This document shows, piece after piece, positions 9,644 through 15,689 of a stretch of 24,294 nucleotides of DNA. Every line of letters starts with the position of its first letter. Within the stretch, counting starts at the first letter, position 1. A program made the translations under genes and the position numbers. Origin of the DNA: a virus. Taxonomy: Duplodnaviria; Caudoviricetes. The stretch spans positions 1 through 24,294 of IMG/VR virus record IMGVR_UViG_3300023214_000163; one strand, written 5' to 3'. A model generated the notes under the pieces. It searched no databases, was not told the origin of the DNA, and saw only the letters and a list, made by a program, of their open reading frames with translations.

Positions 9644-10198
9644 TCAGCCGTCGTATCCCCGGGACTTGTTGATGCCAGCCGCCATCGTGCGGCCTTTTTC
9701 GATGAGGGTCATGTCTTCTTTGGAGACCCCTACGGTCGCCGTCGTGTCCGGCTGGTCATCCTTCGGCGCGTTGGACGGCGCGGCCCGGCGGCGACCCCTG
9801 GCGGGGGAGGCGGTCTGGGCTTTCTTGACGATCTCCTCGGGGTACTCTTTGTTGAGTTCGGCGAGTTCCTCGGCGGCCCCGGCGACCGAATCCGCGTCGG
9901 ACGGGTCCATCTCCTTCTCGATGTCGTACCGCTTCCTCTGGTACTCGAAGGTCTGCACATCTTCCGGGTCCGTGATGTCGCCCTTGAACACCGGCTCCTG
10001 GACCTGAGTGCTCTTGTCCTTCTTGGGAGTCTCGGTGGTCTCCTCGGACTTCGAGAGGTCGGCCTTGACGATGTTCCCGTTCTCGTCCGACTTGACCAGA
10101 CCCGCCTGCTCGAGCGTGTTGGTCAGGGACTTGCTGACGCCCTCGATGAGAGTCTTGTTCGACTCTTCGAGCGCCTTCTGGAGTTCTTCTGAGGTCAT
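9644..10198 (-). CDS. Probable nested scaffolding protein from an internal in-frame start (184 aa, MTSEELQKALEE...)
   Basis: AGGAG + 8 nt + ATG at 10198, in frame and at the domain boundary. Analogous to lambda C/Nu3. Confidence 0.6.
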   Translation of the reverse strand: MTSEELQKALEESNKTLIEGVSKSLTNTLEQAGLVKSDENGNIVKADLSKSEETTETPKKDKSTQVQEPVFKGDITDPEDVQTFEYQRKRYDIEKEMDPSDADSVAGAAEELAELNKEYPEEIVKKAQTASPARGRRRAAPSNAPKDDQPDTTATVGVSKEDMTLIEKGRTMAAGINKSRGYDG

Positions 10199-10966
10199 GT
10201 CGATTTCTCCTGTAAGAGTGATGCTCTGAAATGCGCTCGACCTCGAAAGGCCGAGGTGTTCGGCGAGTTCTGTCAGCAACCTCTTGGACTTCGGCTCCCT
10301 CGCGGCCTTCTCGGTGTACTCGACCAGCGCGGGGCCGGAGAGAGAGACACCGGCCCAATCACCGCTTCTGTAGAGATTCCTGAGTTCCTCGTTCTCTACC
10401 TTGATGAGCACGGCCCACGAGCCGGTCAGGTCCCCGACCGGGTTTCCTTCGTAGTCGGTGATGTTGTCGAACCTGCTGTCGCCCTTCTGGACAATGAAAG
10501 ACTCCGCGACGAAGGCATCCTCGGGCGCGATGGCCTTGCCGTTGTGTCTGAGGTCGATCTGGCCCCCGTCCTTGTGGTAGGAGTGGGCCATCTCCTTCAC
10601 GACCTCGGCGTCGGCAATGTCGCCGTGCGCGTCCCGCTGGTCCGGGGAGTACACGACCGCCAGCAACTCGCCCTCATCGTTCATGGATTTCGCAATCGCC
10701 ATGTTGAACTCGGCGGTCTCTTCGTCGGACTTGTAGATGACCGGGAGTTTGTTGGCCCCTCGGGGCACGAGCGAAATGAACTGGGGGAAGACCTTTCGGA
10801 GTCGCCGGTTCTTTCCTTTGGCCCCCATGCTCTTGCGCACATGGGAAAGACATGCCTGCACACGGCTTCCCTCATCGGGCCAGTTCTTCACGACCTCCTC
10901 GTCCTTCAACAGGCGGGCGATGAAGGAATCAGGAGTCTCACCGGGATGGATCTGAGGCATCTCCAT
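9644..10966 (-). CDS. Prohead protease (XkdF/Peptidase_S78_2-like) fused to a C-terminal scaffold region (440 aa)
   Basis: Motifs ISLVPRGAN, VVYSPDQRDAHGD, IDLRH, VAESFI, GSW and GVSLSG match XkdF-type proteases. The C-terminal half is acidic and coiled/disordered. Confidence 0.88.
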   Translation of the reverse strand: MEMPQIHPGETPDSFIARLLKDEEVVKNWPDEGSRVQACLSHVRKSMGAKGKNRRLRKVFPQFISLVPRGANKLPVIYKSDEETAEFNMAIAKSMNDEGELLAVVYSPDQRDAHGDIADAEVVKEMAHSYHKDGGQIDLRHNGKAIAPEDAFVAESFIVQKGDSRFDNITDYEGNPVGDLTGSWAVLIKVENEELRNLYRSGDWAGVSLSGPALVEYTEKAAREPKSKRLLTELAEHLGLSRSSAFQSITLTGEIDMTSEELQKALEESNKTLIEGVSKSLTNTLEQAGLVKSDENGNIVKADLSKSEETTETPKKDKSTQVQEPVFKGDITDPEDVQTFEYQRKRYDIEKEMDPSDADSVAGAAEELAELNKEYPEEIVKKAQTASPARGRRRAAPSNAPKDDQPDTTATVGVSKEDMTLIEKGRTMAAGINKSRGYDG

Positions 10967-10972
10967 GCACGC

Positions 10973-11001
10973 ACCCTATACTGCGGTCAAGGCCCCCGCA
11001 A
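10973..11001 (-). promoter_or_regulatory. Candidate sigma70-type promoter for the head/tail operon (likely leaderless)
   Basis: TTGCGG-17 nt-TAGGGT ends 6 nt before ATG 10966, and no clear SD precedes that ATG. Confidence 0.45.
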
Positions 11002-11055
11002 GCAGCAAGTACCGGGTCTGGATAGCATTAGCCGAACTTTGTGGAGAATTTTCCG

Positions 11056-12483
11056 ATGAGCCAACAAGTCACCAGGTCCGTCACCATCAGAAAGCCCCAG
11101 AGAAGCCTCTACGGGGACATGACGAACGGCGGATCCCTGCATGAGGCGATCTTGAGAAAGGAGATCCCGCCGGGCAATGACGGGAAGTCTGCTCAGGGCG
11201 CGAACACGGGTACGAGAGCACACCTCTATGACCTGTCCATGCTGCAAGCACTCAAGGAGTTCAACGAGCACCACGCGACTTGCATCCATGCAAAGGTCTC
11301 GGCAACAGTGGGTCTTGGCTTCTTGAATGAGACAGAGAAACAAGAACAACAGAACGGGCCAACTCCTTCTCCTGTGCAAGCACCCCAGCCTGACGAGAAC
11401 GGCGACGCGCCGGAGCAACCTCAACAGGCAATCGTTCCGCTGTACAGCCCGGCCAAAGCGGACGAAGTCCTTGACCCACTGACCACGATCTCATGGCACG
11501 ACACCATGATGGATGTGTGCGAAAATTTCTTCGAGACAGGAAACGGATACCTCGAGGTCGTGCGATCGGGACAGGAGATCGTGGGAATACACCACCTCCC
11601 CTCGAAAGATGTTCGCATTGTCGTAGACGACAACGAGGGCAACTTCCACTACGCGGTCACGGGGGAGGGGTCTGTGGGTCACTCTGCGGATAGGCACTTC
11701 GCCGTGTTCGGGGACAAACAGGACTTCATAGACCGGGTCTCCCAGAAAAGCGTCACCTTCTCGGGGACCTCGGTGAACGCCAATGAACCGGACTCCGTGT
11801 CCGAGGTCATCCACTTCCGCAAGCCCTCGTCCAAGTCGAAGTGGTACGGCGCCCCGGACTGGATCAGCGCGGTGCCGATGATCGAACTGGCTCAGATGCT
11901 GCACCAGTACAAGTTCGACTTCTTCAACAACAGGGGCGTGCCAGAGTTCATGCTGTTCGTCACCGGGGGCAAGGTCAGCGACAAAGACTGGGCCAATATC
12001 GTTGATGCAATGAAGGCCAACATCGGTTTGGGGAACTCCCACAAGAGCGTGGCCGTCAATATCCCGTTGAAGGATATCGAGATCCAGGTCGAGAAGTTGG
12101 CTATGGAGACCAGCAAGGACGAGGACTTCAAGATGCTCAAAGAGACCATCGCCCTGTCCGTCGTTACTGCGCACAAGGTCCCGCCTCTGCTGGCAGGAAT
12201 CCAGATCCCCGGCAAACTCGGCGCGACGAACGAACTGTCCCAAGCATTGATCGCGTTCCAGTCCCTCGTGATCGGGCAGGCCCAGAGACTGTTCCAGTCA
12301 ACTCTGGCCCGCACCCTCGCGGGAGACAACGGGGTCAAGAGCCTGACGGGAGAGGATTTCACCTTCAAGACCATCACGGACGACCTCGACCCCTCCAAAA
12401 TGAGTGCGATCGGCAGAATGCACCAGCCCTTGCCGGAAGCCAACGCCGAGGGCAGAGATCCCGAAGACGGAATGAGGGACTGA
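11056..12483 (+). CDS. Portal protein, PBSX/P2-gpQ-like family (475 aa)
   Basis: Motifs H..CI.AK...TVGLG, GNGYLEV, EVIHF, WYGAPDWISA, FFNNRGVP and AHKVPPLLAGI. GGAG precedes ATG 11056; GTG 11041 is an alternative start. Confidence 0.92.
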   Translation: MSQQVTRSVTIRKPQRSLYGDMTNGGSLHEAILRKEIPPGNDGKSAQGANTGTRAHLYDLSMLQALKEFNEHHATCIHAKVSATVGLGFLNETEKQEQQNGPTPSPVQAPQPDENGDAPEQPQQAIVPLYSPAKADEVLDPLTTISWHDTMMDVCENFFETGNGYLEVVRSGQEIVGIHHLPSKDVRIVVDDNEGNFHYAVTGEGSVGHSADRHFAVFGDKQDFIDRVSQKSVTFSGTSVNANEPDSVSEVIHFRKPSSKSKWYGAPDWISAVPMIELAQMLHQYKFDFFNNRGVPEFMLFVTGGKVSDKDWANIVDAMKANIGLGNSHKSVAVNIPLKDIEIQVEKLAMETSKDEDFKMLKETIALSVVTAHKVPPLLAGIQIPGKLGATNELSQALIAFQSLVIGQAQRLFQSTLARTLAGDNGVKSLTGEDFTFKTITDDLDPSKMSAIGRMHQPLPEANAEGRDPEDGMRD

Positions 12484-12486
12484 CCA

Positions 12487-12954
12487 ATGAGGGTCTCTGT
12501 GACCAGCAGAGAGCAGACCGATCGCTACTGCGAATCCTTGCTGAGTATGCAGGAAAGATGCAAGCAGCGAGGGCTTGACTTCAAGACCGAGATGACCGCG
12601 CTCGCCGAGTTGTGGATCGGCATGGACTCCATAACCCCGCCGCAGAGCAGCGCCTCCCCCGCCCGGGGGTTGCGGGCAACGCAGCCCTCCGCCGTTGCTT
12701 CGTACCGCTTGCCAGCACTCGACACCCCGCCGCCCGATCACACCAAGCGAGCCCCGACCTGCAAAGAGCCTGTCTTGAAGCGGGTCGAACACCTCCTCGA
12801 GGACGGCATACCTCGCTCGCGCGACGAGATCGCCGCCGCGATCGGCTCGAGCAAGTCATCCGTTGCCACCGCGATGCTCAAGCATCCCTCAAAGTTCTCT
12901 GAGCGTCAGAGAACCGGCAAGATAAAATACTGGGTGCTTTCGGAGACCTCATGA
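12487..12954 (+). CDS. Putative DNA-binding protein with a C-terminal winged HTH (155 aa)
   Basis: VEHLLEDGIPRSRDEIAAAIGSSKSSVATAM...F...GKIKYW reads as a wHTH. Starts 3 nt after the portal stop and has an ATGA overlap with the next gene. Confidence 0.6.
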   Translation: MRVSVTSREQTDRYCESLLSMQERCKQRGLDFKTEMTALAELWIGMDSITPPQSSASPARGLRATQPSAVASYRLPALDTPPPDHTKRAPTCKEPVLKRVEHLLEDGIPRSRDEIAAAIGSSKSSVATAMLKHPSKFSERQRTGKIKYWVLSETS

Positions 12955-13490
12955 GCCAGATCGACGAGTTCCAGATCAGACTCCTCCGCAAACTGCTCGC
13001 TGCGGGCAGGAGGCGTGCGCGCAACTACATCCTGGGATCAGGTGGCGCGCACAAATCGCGCACCCTGGCCCGGGAGATGCAGTCCTTCATCCAGACGACC
13101 GAGAGGGGCTTCCTCTATGTGGACCCGTACTGGGCTGTCTATTTCCACGACGGAAGGACCTCGATCGTCGGCAAGAACCTCGTGTGGTTCAAGAACCCCA
13201 GGCTGGACCCGAGACGCCCCGGCGGGAGGACACCGAACCGCGCCAGGGACCTCCGCAGCCTTACCAAGAGCGAGTTCCGAGACGCGAGAGAGAAGGGCCA
13301 AATCATCGTCACAAGAAGGGTGCGGGGCGTGTCGCCGACGCCGTTCTTCTCGAACCGTGGAGGCATGGCGGGATTCCGCGCGGAAGCAGGGCGGATCGTT
13401 CAACGGGAGTTCAGGCGGTTCCTCGTCGAACAACTCGGGGAGGATCTACTTCGTAGCGGAACCATCTCTCTGCCAGTTCAGTTTCGATAG
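12951..13490 (+). CDS. HK97 gp10-like neck/virion morphogenesis protein (179 aa)
   Basis: Very basic. S.TLA..M, YWAVYFHDG and C-terminal RGV.PTPFF resemble the gp10-like YA.Y.H.G / .PF motifs. Confidence 0.6.
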   Translation: MSQIDEFQIRLLRKLLAAGRRRARNYILGSGGAHKSRTLAREMQSFIQTTERGFLYVDPYWAVYFHDGRTSIVGKNLVWFKNPRLDPRRPGGRTPNRARDLRSLTKSEFRDAREKGQIIVTRRVRGVSPTPFFSNRGGMAGFRAEAGRIVQREFRRFLVEQLGEDLLRSGTISLPVQFR

Positions 13491-14630
13491 GGTCTCCAAG
13501 AGCCAGTCCGCTTCCTCGATGCCGAGCCGGGGGTTCGCGTACTTCTGAGGGGTCGAGTAGAGGACGGCGCTCTCGTGCCCGTATGACCCGACCAGGGAGA
13601 GCACGCGGTCGAGGTATTCTTTCCTGACCTTGACCTCTCCGAACGCCGAAGAACAGGCCATGCCGGGCAACGGGAGCCACGGCAGGACAACTTCTTCTTT
13701 GGCTCCTTGGCTGCGAAGAACGCGATCGGCGGCGATGCAGGACACATTCTCCGCGTCGAGAACAGAGTCGCCTTGGCCGACGGCGCCGGTCGCGCTGAAC
13801 CACATCTCCGGGGTGGCCCACCCCCGAGGACTCGGGACAAGATCCAAGTCGGGGGAGGGGACCCCCGGTGGGTTATGCACCGGGACGCTCGAGGGGTCAA
13901 GGAACAGGAAGGGGATGTCCGGTTCTTGCGGTCCTTTGTGATGTCCTCGGTTCGAGACCTTTGCTTCTGGGAAGCATTCAAGGACTCTTTCGTATAGAAG
14001 TTCTATGTAGGTGTGTTCCGCAAGATTTTTTATGAGAGATATCATAGTCAAGAACTCTATGTTGTCTTTGTGGATCAAGGGCCTGTCCCGGGAAGGGGCC
14101 GGGTACCGCATAGATTCCACTATGTCGATAAGAGTTGCGCCTTTCGGCCTGAACTCCTTGAAAGAAAACTTCTTGTCCGTCGTGATGTCTTTCCACTGCT
14201 CGACGATGTCGTCTTGCAAGAGGATGGGCATGACCTCGAACAAGAACATGCCGGGCGATGGCAGCCTCATTCTCTTGAGCAACTTCTCGAGGACCCCGAA
14301 GAACTCCCGGCACCAGTCCGCCCACGCCGAGAACCCGGCCTCACAGAATATCGGCAACTCATCGTGAGGGTTCCGCGTCGCGGGAATCCCTCCGTTCCCG
14401 ACCGAAGGCAGGGCCAGCGCGTAGCCGGTCATGTCCTTGCCCGCAGAGTCGAAGATGTTGCGGTCTTCCTCGATTCTGAGAGCGACCTCCCCAGCCGCCT
14501 CTACAGGCATCCTGTAGTAGGCGTGTCTGTCAAACCTCCAGACCGTCACCGGCATGAAGCCGGGGCGGCGCCAGAGGTCATGGGAAATGCTCGGGCGCAA
14601 GAACGAGTGAACGAGCATCGAATCACCCAC
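13446..14630 (-). CDS. Hypothetical protein (394 aa), possibly an alpha/beta (TIM-barrel-like) enzyme fold
   Basis: Long ORF with globular composition. AAGGAG + 8 nt + GTG start overlaps the resolvase end. Function not recognised. Confidence 0.7.
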   Translation of the reverse strand: MGDSMLVHSFLRPSISHDLWRRPGFMPVTVWRFDRHAYYRMPVEAAGEVALRIEEDRNIFDSAGKDMTGYALALPSVGNGGIPATRNPHDELPIFCEAGFSAWADWCREFFGVLEKLLKRMRLPSPGMFLFEVMPILLQDDIVEQWKDITTDKKFSFKEFRPKGATLIDIVESMRYPAPSRDRPLIHKDNIEFLTMISLIKNLAEHTYIELLYERVLECFPEAKVSNRGHHKGPQEPDIPFLFLDPSSVPVHNPPGVPSPDLDLVPSPRGWATPEMWFSATGAVGQGDSVLDAENVSCIAADRVLRSQGAKEEVVLPWLPLPGMACSSAFGEVKVRKEYLDRVLSLVGSYGHESAVLYSTPQKYANPRLGIEEADWLLETLSKLNWQRDGSATK

Positions 14631-15225
14631 GGCGGGCTCTCCTTCTTTCTTCGGTGGACACTTGGCTCAAGCCGTGCAAGGCCAAGCCCACGGCATCGAG
14701 GACATGCTTCCAGTCCCCGGGGTTGATGGGCGACTCACGGACGGCGGACCCTCTCGGTGGGTCTGGCACACAGTAACCCGATCGCTTCGAGTACGCCCAG
14801 TCGAGCCTTCTGCAGATGCTCGCCTGATGCACGGCCTTGGGCACGCGCCCCTTCCACTGGGAGGGCTTCGGGAGGAGAACCTTGTCGGGCAGGAGGGCCT
14901 GCGCGAACACACCGGCCAAGAGGCCCCCAGAGACCCCGAGGGTCAGGATGTCGCCCGGAGGAGCCGAACTGCCCCGGTGGATCTCCTGCCCCTCACAGAC
15001 GAGGATGTCGGGCTCCAGGCGAGCGAGGGACGCTTCATTGTCGGACAGGTAATCCAGCGCGGCGTCGAGGGTGCGCAGCAGTCTGTCCTGCCCCTTCGCG
15101 CTGCCGATATCGACCTTGATGCTGTCTACCCGCAAGACCTCCGGCGGCGAGGAGGGGCCGCTCGAGGACTTGACGAATGCGACCCCCGGGGTCTTCACCT
15201 CCGGGTCTATCCCAATGCAGATCAT
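14623..15225 (-). CDS. RuvC-like Holliday junction resolvase (200 aa)
   Basis: RuvC-fold motifs MICIGIDP, ILVCEGQ, PSQWKG and KHVLDAVGLA. The true start is ATG 15225; the ORF-track call is over-extended through the tRNA. Confidence 0.85.
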   Translation of the reverse strand: MICIGIDPEVKTPGVAFVKSSSGPSSPPEVLRVDSIKVDIGSAKGQDRLLRTLDAALDYLSDNEASLARLEPDILVCEGQEIHRGSSAPPGDILTLGVSGGLLAGVFAQALLPDKVLLPKPSQWKGRVPKAVHQASICRRLDWAYSKRSGYCVPDPPRGSAVRESPINPGDWKHVLDAVGLALHGLSQVSTEERRRARRG

Positions 15226-15228
15226 AAG

Positions 15229-15302
15229 CACCCCCGGCAGGACTCGAACCTGCAACCCTCGGCTTAGAAGGCCGATGCTCTGTCCAGTTGAGCCACGGGA
15301 GT
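15229..15302 (-). tRNA. tRNA-Arg(TCT), no encoded CCA
   Basis: Cloverleaf: acceptor ACTCCCG/CGGGGGT, D arm GCTC-AACTGGACA-GAGC (A20 Arg identity element), anticodon arm TCGGC-CTTCTAA-GCCGA, T arm GCAGG-TTCGAGT-CCTGC, discriminator G. Confidence 0.95.
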
Positions 15303-15359
15303 AGAAGAACCCCTCGGGGAAAGGACCGTAGCGCCTTCGCAGTCCGGCTCCCCGAGGGG
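15303..15359 (-). terminator. Long stem-loop with a U-rich tail abutting the tRNA 5' end
   Basis: Perfect 11-bp inverted repeat (15310-15320 / 15349-15359) with inner GGAC/GTCC and GCG/CGC stems, followed by TTCTTCT. Confidence 0.55.
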
Positions 15360-15367
15360 GTGAGGGG

Positions 15368-15688
15368 TCAGTTGACCTCTTCGCAGGTGATGGCGATTTG
15401 CTTCTGGTTCGCCAGCGTCGCCTTGAAGAACTTGCAGCCCTTCGGGGGCTTCGGCGCCCGGCGCGACATGACCGAGGCGAGGCGGCTGTGGTAGTTGGCC
15501 GGGGTGACTCCCTCGGGGATGTCCACCGTGACCATCTCTCCGACCTTGAGAGTCCCGAGTTTCTCCATGAGCGGGTCGTAGATCGACCCTCTCTCACCGG
15601 GGCCGACGAACTCGGCGCCTTCGACCTTGGAGACGCCCCGGATCTTGGGCTTCACGGAGGGCATTTTCTTCTTCTGAGTAGCGGTCAT
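15368..15688 (-). CDS. Small basic hypothetical protein, probably nucleic-acid binding (106 aa)
   Basis: AAGGAG SD; starts 1 nt after the polymerase stop; Lys-rich; contains SIYDPL...LKVGE. Confidence 0.75.
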   Translation of the reverse strand: MTATQKKKMPSVKPKIRGVSKVEGAEFVGPGERGSIYDPLMEKLGTLKVGEMVTVDIPEGVTPANYHSRLASVMSRRAPKPPKGCKFFKATLANQKQIAITCEEVN

Positions 15689-15689
15689 G

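Noticed and set aside
7885-9672. 595-aa plus-strand ORF
   Set aside because: It is antisense to the capsid and decoration genes, with R/G/H-rich shadow composition and no recognisable motifs.
14623-15225. RuvC-fold gene next to a structured RNA considered as a TnpB/Cas12-like RNA-guided nuclease
   Set aside because: It is only 200 aa with a contiguous resolvase-type RuvC and no Zn finger or REC/WED region, and the adjacent RNA is a canonical tRNA.
15226-15597. N-terminal extension of the resolvase in the ORF track (324 aa)
   Set aside because: It runs through the tRNA and overlaps the 106-aa gene. The RuvC motif begins at Met 15225.
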